A DNA stretch of 62,818 bases, counting the filler, from Sphacelaria rigidula (Eukaryota), in the NCBI GenBank assembly GCA_964200075.2. It is 9 parts of 9 records of this genome, joined end to end, with 100 filler letters (N's around TTAATTAATTAA, not from the genome) between each part and the next. Parts side by side here need not be neighbours in the genome. Positions count along the whole stretch, not along the records: positions 34,957 to 41,847 come from CAXNAA020017558.1; positions 41,948 to 48,838 come from CAXNAA020017559.1; positions 48,939 to 55,828 come from CAXNAA020017560.1; 6 more parts are not named here. One strand, 5' to 3'. A program made the translations under genes and the position numbers. Shown here piece after piece: positions 37,201 to 49,329 of the stretch. Position 1 is the stretch's first letter; every line of letters begins with the position of its first letter. The notes below the pieces were generated by a model, which had not been told where the DNA came from, made no database searches, and saw nothing but the letters and a program-made list of their open reading frames with translations.

Positions 37201-38146
37201 ATCTCTCTCCCCCTTCGAGCTACCAACCACTGTACTGTTATGTGCCCTTAGTGAGGCCATTCCCTTGTCCGCCTCTCCTGCCTGCTTGCCCGGTATCCAT
37301 TCCATTCCTACCCATATTCGCTTTATCCCGCCATCGAAATCTTCCGTTTGTTTTCTCAACTGCATCTTCCTATATCCCGTTATTTTTCTTCTCCACCATC
37401 TTTTTTTACTCTTTCCCAGCTTCAGCGTACTCGCCCCACCCTACTGTAGCTTCACTCCATGCATATAATGCGCGGGCCTGTCTCCTTCCTCTCACAGCCG
37501 TTCTCTCTTTCTCGTCCTACCATTTCACTGCTCTGTTGCATACGATCAGTTTCTTCTCCATGGCCATGCTTATTGTGGTCTTGACCAAATTCCCCCCATC
37601 TTTCAACACCCTTTGCCCCTGCCCCATCCCTTTCTATTTCGGTATTTGTTGTACCTACGCTTTCCAGCAGCTCGGAAAAAAGTGACTGTGTTTTTAGTCA
37701 TCCCTTCTTGGAACTCTTCACGGGTGCGTTGGGTAGGGTAAATACCCGGGTTTTGAATCTCTCGAGTTTTGTGTTGCGATAGCCTGATCTCCAAACTCTA
37801 CCCGAATATTTACTCAAGTTGGGTACGATCGCATTGCTTCGTCCAATACCTGGGTATTGTCACGTACAAACTCAATTCTCTACCAACGTTTTGGGTACCT
37901 AAAGCATGATTGTTCAAAATACACAAACGTAGGATGTATCCTACCCAATACAATCTTGGAACTTTTGGTGGTTTTTATTTTTCTGGTCCATCTATCCTCC
38001 ATTGGTAAAACTTCCTACCCCGCCTTTTCTTAATAGCTCTCGTCTGCTGGTCGTCTATCCATACTAGGCAATGGCCCGTAGTTCCTACGTCCGCTTTGAA
38101 CACCTGTAATTTTGTTCCCTACTCTTGTCATATTCTACCGCAGTAT

Positions 38147-38368
38147 TGCAGTGCGTGGGAGGACCGCGTGCTTTTAGGACCGCATCGGAGTTTGAACACC
38201 CCAGGATCGACGTTTTACGAGACCGCTCGGGCCAGTCCCTGCAGGGACCGCGCACCTGACCCTGAACCTAAACCTAATCCTAACCCTAGCCCTAGCGCTA
38301 GCCTTAACAATAGGGATGTTCAAATTCCGATGCCGTCCTCTAAGCACGCGGTCCTCTCACGCATTACA
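38147..38368. mobile_element. MITE with internal telomere-like CCCTAA repeats (copy 1)
   Basis: TIR TG(T/C)A(A/G)TGCGTG(A/G)GAGGACCGCGTGCTT; degenerate CCCTAA units inside. Confidence 0.8.
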
Positions 38369-38477
38369 CCACTAGCTTGACTACAACCCCCGCCAACATT
38401 CAGAACAGACATGCGGGACATGCACTCGAAAGAGATCGAGAGAGAGACGGTACGGATGGATGGAGACAAGTAAAGTG

Positions 38478-38689
38478 TGTAATGCGTGAGAGGACCGCGT
38501 GCTTAGAGGACCGCATCGTAGTTCAAAACACCTCGGGATCGACGTTTTCAAAACCAATCGCGCGCCTCCCTGCAGGGACGACGCCGCTGACCCTAACCCC
38601 AACACCAACCCTAACTCTAACCCCCTAACCATAGGGTTGTTTGAACTCCGATGCGGTCCAAAACGGACACGGTCCTCCCAAGCATTACA
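38478..38689. mobile_element. MITE with internal telomere-like repeats (copy 2)
   Basis: TGTAATGCGTGAGAGGACCGCGTG...CACGGTCCTCCCAAGCATTACA; internal ccctaaccccaacaccaaccctaactctaacc. Confidence 0.8.
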
Positions 38690-39409
38690 ATGTAGTCGCC
38701 AATGGAGCTTTCTGCCTTTTGTTCGCCTTGTTGAGTCCGTGTTCATCGGGGATCTAGCCTTTTACTCCATCGTTCAACGTCTTCATATCGTTTTTCTTGA
38801 GAAGCTTCAGCATCTACACCCCCATTCGTATTCTTCTTTTCCCCACAAATTCCCTATGCTATCACTCGGTTGACTTGCTTTTCCAACCCTTTCATTAAAA
38901 TTCTCACAAAAATTACCTTTTCTTGTCTTCAACACTTGTATATCTGCTCGTATCTCTTCAAACTCCCCCTGGAGTATATCGTTTGCCGTACTCTCCGGCC
39001 CCGGGGACACATACATGTTGCCTACGATAAAGTCTTCCGTTCCCCGCTCTCCAGGTACCCTTATCCACACGCTATCGTCGAGTTTTGTGTCTTTCATCTC
39101 TTCTATAATGTCACGCAGGTAGTCGTTGACAAAGAATGCTGCTCGTCTCCCCTCTATTCTTGGCGTTCTGTCCCTTCCGCTTTCCCCCCATCAATGCGTG
39201 CTCCTCAACTCTGCACGCAATTTTCGCCTCATCTTTCTCCCATGACTCTTGAATTCCCACCTCATCTAGGTGCACGCTTACTCAATCGTTCGACTATCTC
39301 TATTCTTCTGCGCTCGCCCGTCCCGAATCCACACACGTTCCGTAATTCTATCCTCAGCTTCCTTTTCAAATCACTATCATATATCATTTTGTCTTCTCTG
39401 AGGTGTGCT

Positions 39410-39700
39410 CACCACTTGGTCGCTGAAGAATTTTTTCGAAAACATATATATTTTGATGACGCTAAAACCCGAACCCTAACCCCAACCCATCGGGCGAGGG
39501 GGGATGGGAAGCGTTCTCTAGGCAAAGTGTGGCGTTGGCAGACCTCAAACCGGCGCCGCACGCGCCAATTTTGACGAAAAATCGTGCAGCGCACGCCCGG
39601 GGGAGTGGGGGCTGTCAGTCCCACTAGGGATCCGAATATCGGTGTTGACACTCGAATCGAGTTAAAAAATTCCGGGACGATTCTCATCGACCAGGTGGTG
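39410..39700. mobile_element. MITE (CACCAC(T/C)TGGTCG TIR)
   Basis: TIR CACCACTTGGTCGCTGAAGAAT / ATTCTCATCGACCAGGTGGTG; internal homology to ~26330-26490 and ~51890-52115. Confidence 0.7.
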
Positions 39701-40143
39701 CACCCTATTGTTTAATCTCGTCGTCGTATTTATTTGCATTCTCCCTCACTTGATTTGTCTTTCCGTTTCCGGTATGACCTCTGTCTCTCAGTTTGGGTGG
39801 CTGCTTCCTCTCTCGACCACCTTCTGTGCACTTACGTATTCGTGGTTCCCTTTTGCTCGGTTTACCCGAGGGCTACGTCTCAGATTCGATGTTCCATGGG
39901 CTGCACCTACTCTCCACCCCTACCCTCGTAAACGTGCTGACACTTAACTTGTCTCTATTCTCTCCCACTCCTTGCTCGCTCTCTGTTTTGGCGTGACTCG
40001 GAAGTGATCTCCTTCCTAACAAACCTTTTTCACATTTCTAAACAGTATAGTCCTACTTTGTCGCATTCCCTCTCAAGTTCTATTCTCGTCATATCGCTAT
40101 GGGCCCAAAATACCAGCATAACTTGTACTCTACCTGTCCACTT

Positions 40144-40372
40144 TGTAATGCGTGAGAGGACCGCGTGCTTAGGGGACCACATCGGAGTTGGAACACCCCT
40201 ATGGTTAGCGTTAGGGTTAGTATTGGGGCTAGGGTTAGGGTTAGGGTTGGGGTTGGGGTCAGGGGTATGGTCCCTCCAGGGACTGGCCCGATTGGTTTTG
40301 GGAAATGTCGACCCTGAGCTGCTTCGACCTACGATGCGATCCCCTAAGCACGCGGTCCACTCACGCATTACA
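40144..40372. mobile_element. MITE with internal (TTAGGG)n-like tract (copy 3, opposite orientation)
   Basis: Long TIR TGTAATGCGTGAGAGGACCGCGTGCTTAGGGGA; TTAGGG units at ~40203-40262. Confidence 0.85.
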
Positions 40373-41189
40373 GTGGGCTATCGCAACCCTAGTATTTGTT
40401 GGGGGTATGGTTTATTTCGATCCGTTTACTGGCTCACCGACACCAAATAATATCTCCAACACGGGCTCGTAGCCTGAAGCATAGTTCAACATCCTTGACA
40501 CAAGTACCCCACGTTTGTGCCCAGGCGATCTGCACGATAAACCATCCAGGTGTTCCACGATCGCGTTGTCTATCTTCTTGCCCCACTGCTGTACTGGTTA
40601 CTCTCCTCCAGAAAAAGCTACTTGCGCCGTTTGAGGTTCAAGGGCGGCTTCCATAACCCGAAGTCTCACCAATACATCAGGATGTCTCGTACATCATCAC
40701 TTCCCCTCATTCCATGTACGGTTCACCAAGGGTGGCTACTCCGCTAGTGCTCCTCAGTAGACCTTCGTTGCCGAAAGTTCGGCCAACAATTCTCCCACAT
40801 TTTGTACCGCTTGGTCGGTTACTGACAAGGTGTTTGTTTCATAGGTGCAGTATATCCTGATGTATGTGTCATGCACTATCCACCCTTTCCCGTCATTTGA
40901 AGCCTGTGGACCTTTTGTCAGAAAATTTAGGATGATGTCTAACCAGGTTTCCACCGCACAATGGAAGTCATAATCCAAGCTTTCTTATCCAACCTTTATG
41001 TCAATTCAACATGTCGGGATGACCTTGTTCTGTCTGTACTTGCCGTATCTTGTGCTGTCGTCTTGCATGTAAGGTGTTCAACCTCTAACCTATTATTCAC
41101 ATCTCTAGGTTTTAGTCATTCTCTTTTGTCTTACCTTTGTTGCGCCAGTGCAACGGAATCTGACTGTTTAGCTACGGGAAAATAAAAAA

Positions 41190-41710
41190 TGTTCTTGCGT
41201 TTATTTCATGTCTATCTCCCGTCTATGCTCTGCTTAGTGCGGAGAAAAGTGGTCGGCTTCATTATTTTATGACCATGTCCGGGCTGTAGTCTCATTATTG
41301 CAAAGAGAAGGGTGTCTAGCTGCGTTATTTCACGGCTATATCCGGCATGTGTCCTGGTGGTGCAAAGAAATGGGTAGCTTCATTACTTCATGTCTATATC
41401 CTGGCTGTATTCTGGTGGAACAAAGAAAAAATATGGCCAGCTTCATCATTTGCTGTCCATGTCCGGGCTGTGTCCTGGTAGTACAAAAGAAAAAAATAGT
41501 CAGCTTTATTACTTCCTGTTCATGCCCGGGCTGTGCTCTGGTAGTACAAAGAAAAAATGGTCACCTTCGTTAGTTCATGTTATACGTCCGGGCTATGTTC
41601 TAGCAGTGCAAAGAAAAGAGATGATTAGCTTCGATATTTCATGTCCATGTCCGGGCTGTGTTCTGGTAGTGTAAAGAAAACAATTCGTTAGCTTCGTTAT
41701 CTCATGTCTA
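41190..41710 (-). repeat. Short diverged array of the same ~63-bp satellite family as contig 1
   Basis: Repeated CATGTCCGGGCTGTG..CTGGTAG (reverse complement of CTACCATAACACAGCCCGGACATG) at ~63-bp spacing; about 8 units. Confidence 0.85.
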
Positions 41711-42413
41711 TATATATGGTCTATGCTTTACTATGGGGAAACATAATTGGTTACTTGGGTGATTTCATTTCTAGTGCGTCTGTTGCCCTGGGGAATTATT
41801 TTTGTCTAGCATGGATTTCTGGTATATGTACGGAGGGATGGGGGGGGNNNNNNNNNNNNNNNNNNNNNNNNNNNNNNNNNNNNNNNNNNNNTTAATTAAT
41901 TAANNNNNNNNNNNNNNNNNNNNNNNNNNNNNNNNNNNNNNNNNNNNGGGTAGGGGAGTCAGAGGGGTGTGGCGGTGGGGGTGTGAAGGGATGGACGTAA
42001 TTTACAGGAGACGGGGGAGGGAGAAGATGCACTCATGATCTTGCATGCCGTAGTCATAAGACCATTGATCTTGCATCACTTCAACGCCGAGAGGGAGTAC
42101 GCCGGGTTTCGCCGGACCAGCCTCGCAATCAAACGCCAAGCGCGAAGCGCCGTGATGTGTGGAGGTGGGAGGGGGGCTGGGGAGGGGGGCGAATTGATGG
42201 TGCTGGAACCGTTGATGATGATGATGATGATGATGTGATGGCCCTCAGTGGTCGGTGCGCAGACGGCGGAGCGGTTGCTGCTTCTTGAGGGTGCTTCGCG
42301 AGGAAGTTGTCCCGTCTGCGGACCCTTTCTTTTCCGTAACAGACGCTTTTGAATATGGTTCGTGTTTGTGAAACTCTGGTCGAAGGAGTAGTGGTGAGGT
42401 AGGTGGGTAGGTA

Positions 42414-42459
42414 GTTGATTGACTTGACTTGACTTGACTTGACTTGACTTGACTTGACT
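42414..42459. repeat. (TTGAC)n microsatellite preceded by (GGTA)n
   Basis: gacttgacttgactt... seen directly. Confidence 0.9.
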
Positions 42460-45400
42460 CGAGTTAAGGTGCGCAGCCCGGATGGATGCATGTTACGGGC
42501 GCGAAGTACACCGTATGACGGCGGAATATTGAACGTTGAGAAGAAATGAAGGACTTTTTAAAGCGCGCGGGGGGGGGTTATTTGAGACCTCTGGGTGACA
42601 TGATAACAACGTATCTCCTTCCATATTTTCGCATCCTGGACATGTGGTCAACTAGTTGCAACAGACAAAAAGTGTACTGTGTACAGTATAGGCCTATTGC
42701 AAACATGGTACCATGTATTGTCTAGTAGGGTGATATATATATATATATATATATATATACTCGTATATCAAACAAGGGACTTGGCGATTATTTTGATCGC
42801 CGTTCTGGATGGGGGTGGACAGTTTTGGAGTGGTATTATTACTTGTTTTCTTTTTCATTTAAGGAAAATTGGAACGTGGGCGTGTTGACGAGAGATGAGA
42901 GGGAAGGCTGGCTGACTGGCTTCAGATCACTATCATCAGGCTTGTGTACAATATTATGGCATACGTATGTGTGTGTGCTGCTGGTCATTGATGTGCATCG
43001 TGCAGCTATTCGTGTACTGTTCGTTGCAATTAATTTCAAAATGTCAAGTTATAACAGCAAAAAAGTTCGTCGTGTGTTTCTGTTGTGTCGTGGTCGATGG
43101 TCTGCGCTATTCTCTTTTGTTTGTATGTCGTTGTTGTTTTGCTTTCTTTTTCTTTCTTTTTTTTCCCTGAGGAAGAAGCAAGGTGTGCGTGCGTTCGTGT
43201 TGTTCGCCTCAATTTGGTGCAAAAGTGATCCCCTTCCCCATTTTTTTTCTTCTTCACTTCCCCTCCCCCCCCCCCCCCTCTTTTTTTTCTCTCCCTCCAT
43301 ACATACCTCACTCTGTAATTCGGGTGGACAGGCGGACAAACGGACGCCTGAAATAATTTTCTTCAGGAGTCAGTAATAATACCTGTTAGGAAGCTGTCTG
43401 AAGGGGGATGGGGGGGGGGGGCAAGGGCTCGTGCTGGCGGTTTTCCCATCCCTTTTATTTCAATGTGAGGACAAGTTGTTTTCGTCTTTTCGTTGGTTCG
43501 AGGAAGTTCTACGCTACAGTATCTGCCATCGCCTCAGAAGCACTCCTGCTTTACGCGTGTCATCTGCCGCATATGTCACTTTTACGTAGCATACCACCCC
43601 CTCGACCCCCCCGTCCCTCGCGGGTGGTTTGTATTCGGCTGTATTTAGCACCATATATGGTATCCATCGGCATCTACGGAAATGCAGCGGAGCACGTAAG
43701 AAATTACCCTCCCCTCCCCCCCCTGTCGTAGTATACCACCCCCTCGCTCCCCTCGCCCCCCGCGTGTGACTTGTGTTCGGCTGTGTTAAGCACCAGAAGT
43801 GTAGAGGGGCACGTACAAAATCACCCGCTCCGCCTCCCCTCTCCCTCCCCTCAATACCTCCATTCCGGCTTTGTAGGGGTGCGAGGTCAGTGGACTTACG
43901 ACTACGACATAGAAGATCATGCATACACCCGCCCCTTTCAATACAACCCCGACATGGTATTTTTCGGGTACCAAAAAGCAGGGGGTCAGGGTTTTTGGCC
44001 GTTCGATAGCCAGGGTGGTTTATGTCTTTCAGGGTGTTTCGTATGCTGAATCGAGTTTCTTTCCACTTGGAAATTACCTGAAACCCGAATAAAACGCCCT
44101 AGCGATCACAGGGTCCATTCATCTCTGGGAGTCGGGTTTCAAAAGTCAGTAGCTGGGGTTCAGTCATGTCCCGGGTTCGGGTTTCAAGAAGTCGGGGGTT
44201 GGGGGATAGGTCATGTCCCGGATTCGGGTCCCAAGACATCAGGGGGATCGGGATAGCATCATGTCCGGGATCCGGGTTCCGGAAACTTCATGGATCGTCT
44301 CCCGGAGGTCGTGTACACCGTCATCTACGGTATATATGAGCAGTCAGGCCACTCAGAAAGAATGCCGATTCGATCCCCTTGTGAGGGCGTTCGTTTCCGG
44401 TGCCCAAAAACGTTTTTATGAGAGGGAAACGAGAAGTCGTTTCTGAACTTCCTTCTTTATTTTTTGTCGTGGATGACACGGGGGTGCAAGGTAAAGTCAA
44501 TCAATTTCATTCCGGACGATACTGAAAAGAAGAAAGCCCAAATTCGTTTTTTTTCCCTCTTTTTTTTCCGAGTAACACTATACCGTGACGGTTGGGCCAG
44601 GCCAGGCTAGGCCAAGTGAAGCTACATGCTGCCACCGCCGATGGACGCTATTTCACGCTTGGAAATGTTTTTTTTCGTGTGTGTGTGTGTGTGTGTTTGT
44701 TTGTTTCTGTGTGCCCGTGCGATGTAGAGAGGAGATCTTCACATGGCAATGCAAGATTCTTTCTTTGTTTCTCGCATGGAAGAAGCAAAACGAAACTCGA
44801 GTTTGTTTCTCGACGTTGTCTTCTTACTGTATCGCCCCGGGTGACGTATTCCCTTGGGCTACAGACATCACTCTTCTACTGCCTTGAAGCCCGTTTTTAC
44901 GGACGGGAGACGCCGGTATGCCCCCCCCCTCCCCCTGCCCTGCTTCGCTTGGGAATTAATCGACGAAAAATTTCCCCAGGGAATGAATGGGTGATCTCTG
45001 TCCCAAAAACGGTGCCGGAGAGGGAGGTGCGGGGAGTTCTTAGGTCGGGAACCCCCACGGGAAGAGCCGCTTCGAACCGAGCTTCGCTTGGCTAATCGTG
45101 ATATTCCCTTGCGCTGTGTTGATCGGGGTGGCGTGTGGGATGCGACTGATGGGGGTGGCTTTTGCCGACAAGAGGAAGCGCAAATGGGGCTGGAAACTGC
45201 GTCTGATAGTCGTGGTAGTAGCAGTTCGCAGGTGGTGGTGATGCGAACGATGACCAATCGTGGTGTTTTCTTTTTTCTTTTCTTTTTCTTGTCCTTGTTC
45301 TTGTCCTTGTTCTTGTTCATGGTGTCTTTTATGGTGTCGTTAATCTTTGTCAACCCCCGTTTCGTTATCGTGGTTATCGTTGTTATCATGGTTAAGGCTC

Positions 45401-46965
45401 TTCGCTTGTGTTTTCGTGTTGGCTTGATTTGATGGCTTTGGTTTTATGTTGCACAGTACAACTCGTATGTTTCTTCTGGTGTCCCGTTTCTTTTTTTTTT
45501 TTACATTTCTTCCTTGGCTTGCGTGCATGTCCTGTTTCGCTTCTTGTTTTGGCAAAAAAAAACGCGTGGGTTGGGTGTCTGGTGGTGGAAATATAAAAAT
45601 GATTGGAGTGAGCTTTTTATTGTGGTCGTCCCTTTCTTGATGTTTCTTCTCTTCTGCCTGATCCCCCTTGTTTGTCAGTTGCATTGTTTGTTTTCTTTCT
45701 CCCCCACCCCCCATGGGTTTCCCTGTTCTCGAGCGTTCTCCCCCCCCCTCCCCCTGTCTTGTTTATGCATGTATATTCTTCTGGATGTTGACATATATGC
45801 CTCCTTCTGTTTGCTCCCTTGTTCATGCTGTTTAATACATGCATGCGTGTAGGTATGTGCGTATTGTTGTGTTACTATATCTATGTGCGTCGATGAAAAT
45901 ATATCCGTGGTATCCGTGTCCGGATGTCCTCGTTTGTATGGCCCTTGATTTGATGAGCGCATGCTCTGTTTATTTGGGTCCTTTTTCGGTATCGTCGTTT
46001 TCCAGTCTACCTCATGAGTAAGATAATATTTCACGTACAAAGTTTTCATAGATAGGCTTTTCATAAATAGGTTAAATGGTTCAAGACAGTTCAACCCTAC
46101 GGTAGCACGGAGGTTATCGCTGGTGCGTTCTATGGCGTGTTCTGGTTGTGGAGTTCGATTGTGGCATTTTTATGGTCCGGTCAACTTAGCGCACCGTCTC
46201 GCGTTGATCGGTGGGTTTTGTATCCTGAATGTGACGTTTGGAAGGGTTCGTATGAAAGGACGAGAGATATTAGCATTGCTGTGTGTGTGTAACGCTAGAC
46301 AAGTGGGCAAGGAAATGGATCAAATGTCAGTTCGCTCTAGGTCATTTGTTTTTGTATGTTGAGCAGGAAAAACAATGAGTGAGTGAGCGAGTCGCCAGCG
46401 CGTGCAGGTTGCAGCATATCGAAGCACCTCTTATGTTTATATATATATATATATGTATGTTTTTTTTCACTTGTTGTTATTGCCAAGATTTTGGTAGCAC
46501 CAAAAATGTCACGACTCGTGAGTGTCCGTGTGCGTGTTCGCGTGTTCAATGTGTCGAATTATTTCACAAAAAAACCCGTCGCCTTTCTTTTGTAGGTGGT
46601 GACGTTCGGCAATCGTACTTTCTTGCAGTGCTTGGTATTGCAGTTACCGAATAATAGGGGGCTTGATGACGTGAATGTTTAGCAAGCAAGCTAGCCAGCA
46701 GCGTATATATATATATATATATATATTTATGTTACATACGTATAATAATCCTTCTTTCACGGTGTGTGTGTGTTGGGACAAACCAAAAGAGACTGCAGTC
46801 AGGCCGCCTGCCTTATTGTGAAAAAATAGGAAATTACATTCATGACCAATGGTAACAACGTTTTCGTTAGAATGAGAGTAGAGCGCTGATTGAGAGTGAC
46901 TTTAATCATTCGCTTTAACTTAGCCAATTTTTCGTTCAGCGTGTGTGTGCTTTTCTTTGCCTCCA

Positions 46966-48838
46966 TCATTGGCGTGTGCTTACAGCTACACGCCGATGTC
47001 CTACTCAGGAATATCAAGGGCCTCAGTGGTGAGCTACTGCAGAGAGCATACCGGGCCTCGCGGAGGGGCATTTCGGAACTGAAACGATTTTCGTCACTAA
47101 ATGACCGCTTTTCACTCTCAATCGTACCCTCTACTCTCAATCTCACGAAAACGTTGTTTGGTACGTTTCGCACTCGTGGGGGGCCTACCCGCTGACAAGA
47201 GAGTATACTCATTCATCACTTCTTCCCTGGCCCCGTCCTTTTTTTTTTCTTTCCCATCTCTCGTGTTTCTACGTTTACCTGAGGAAGAAGAGGCCCTTTG
47301 ACGGCGAGCATAGGTCGTCTGTTGAATCCGCTTCATTTTCACTTGAAAAACGTATGCATGATCCAGAAGGACTACCATCGCTGTCGAGGAGTTTAGGGAA
47401 CCACGAGTGGAGATGGACGGGTGTCGTCTTTTCGCCCTGATTTTTTTGCAGACAGAGCTGCACCGAACCAAAAATTGTGAGGCGTGTGAAAGAATCCTGA
47501 AGTCTTTTTTCATCCGGATCCATGCACGTGATCCAACCTATGCTTTTCACGCAGTGTGTATCGCCGTGGTTCAGTTCGTATCTTTCTTCTGTGAGGACAT
47601 GATTTAATTCTCTCAGGGTACCTGAGAGGTATCCGTGTGGAAAATAAAAAAATGGTGGTGGTGGTGGTGGTGGTGATCCCTTGTCATTCGACGGGCCAAA
47701 CCCTTGCACTTTTTCAAATTAAGTGTCCTTCACGCTAGAAACCACCTCATTACGCATCTATAGGTGTTATAAGGATCTGCACGAAGTTTCAGGCCATTTC
47801 GTCCTCCCTGGGTTGAGTTTGACCCATGGCTGCTAATGCGGCTGTGCCCGGCGCCGCACGGACGGTGGGTCGGAGAGATGTAACACACGCGCACAAAAAC
47901 TTTGGAATAGTACATCTCTGTCAATACGGAAGCAAAATAAACGTCTGTCATATCAATTCAAAGATCTCCTTCATCACGAATACATCCACACGTGTTTTTT
48001 GGTCACCGCTTCCTGTGCGTTCAGGAATTGTGGCCTATCGTCCCAGGGGTTACGCTAAATGCATTTCGTATACTCCCTCGAACCTCTTTTTCCAAAAAAA
48101 AATCACTTCTTCTGGTATGCTCTACAATCTTGATCGTTGTGCTTTCAGATGTCTTTGCACGTATTATGCGCCTCCTACGGTGTCATCTATATTACGCATC
48201 CGCCTTGCTTGCGATAGAAACGTGTCTACAGGCTCCATAGCTCCGCTGTTTTTGCCATATTTACTTCCTTGTACTTGGCCTTTCAGTGTCCAGTGTAACC
48301 CGTACCTGTCTCCTCTCTCCGATTGTTAGGGAATACGACCCTCCTTTTGCTTTAGTTTACCGAGGTTTTCAGTGCTTTTCCTTCGAGTTGGTGTGGACTT
48401 GTCGTCGGTGTGAGTTGCACTTCTCCTGGTATGCTCTACAAACTTGATTGCTGTGCTTTCAGATGTCTGCACGTATTATGCGCCTCCTATGGTGTCATCT
48501 ATCTTGCGCATCCGCTTTGCCTGCGATAGAACCGTGCCTACAGACTTCTTACCTCTAACAACAAATTGTGCTAATTAAGGTTTAACTCCGAGATGAGGTT
48601 TAAGCCTAAAGGGGGGCTTTCCCCACACACTTTCAGCGATGATCAACGTTTTCGTGAGATTGAGAGTAGAGGATACGATTGAGAGTGAAAGGCGGTCAAT
48701 GAGTGAAAGAATCGTTTCAGTTCCGAAATACCCCTCCACGAGGATCGATATGCCTTCTGCAGTAGCTCGTCACTGAGGCCCTTGATATCGCTAAGTAGGG
48801 TATCGACATGTAGCTGTGAGCACACGCCAGGAATGGAG
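46966..48838. repeat. ~190-bp inverted repeat pair (46966-47156 and 48644-48838) enclosing a ~125-bp direct repeat pair (~48103-48232, ~48418-48544)
   Basis: TTCACTCTCAATCGTA(C/T)CCTCTACTCTCAATCTCACGAAAACGTTG occurs on both strands. Confidence 0.75.
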
Positions 48839-49290
48839 NNNNNNNNNNNNNNNNNNNNNNNNNNNNNNNNNNNNNNNNNNNNTTAATTAATTAANNNNNN
48901 NNNNNNNNNNNNNNNNNNNNNNNNNNNNNNNNNNNNNNCGCTTTGTCGTTTCTTTTGTTGTTTTTTCTCTTTTTCTACGTCATATTCTTACAAGAAACAA
49001 AAAACACGCCCCCCCCCCCCCCCCCCCCCCCTGCATTCCTTCCCATTGCCTCCTTCATCTATGGCCATCACCATGGACCAGATTACATGAAACCTGTTGA
49101 AAGCGTGAACTCATCCTGCCCCCAGCTCTGGAAGTGAACCCTTGATCCTCCACGGTGGGTAATCCGTGTCTTGAATTCATATTTCAAGTCAAAAATATGC
49201 CAATGCACAACAGATGAATCGTCCTGGAGGTGGTGTATATAGATGGGCAAAGCCGAACAACAAGGCACAACAGCACAATACAGGGCAATG

Positions 49291-49329
49291 CAGTACAATA
49301 CAGTACAGTACAGTACAGTACAGTACAGT
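49291..49329. repeat. (CAGTA)n microsatellite
   Basis: Seen directly. Confidence 0.9.

Larger units (their letters stand above)
35140..39365 (-). mobile_element. Decayed LINE ORF2 (APE endonuclease + reverse transcriptase), with frameshifts, stops and MITE insertions
   Basis: APE-like RNVCG, GIQESWE and NFNERVG (39340-38880); RT-like LQGVERGCTSSPTSF (~36465-36420), GLMFADDFV (~36350-36320), DQYTYLGV (~36145-36123). Confidence 0.9.

Noticed and set aside
44868-45432. 173-aa and 114-aa overlapping ORFs
   Set aside because: Low-complexity simple repeats with no recognisable domain or splice support.
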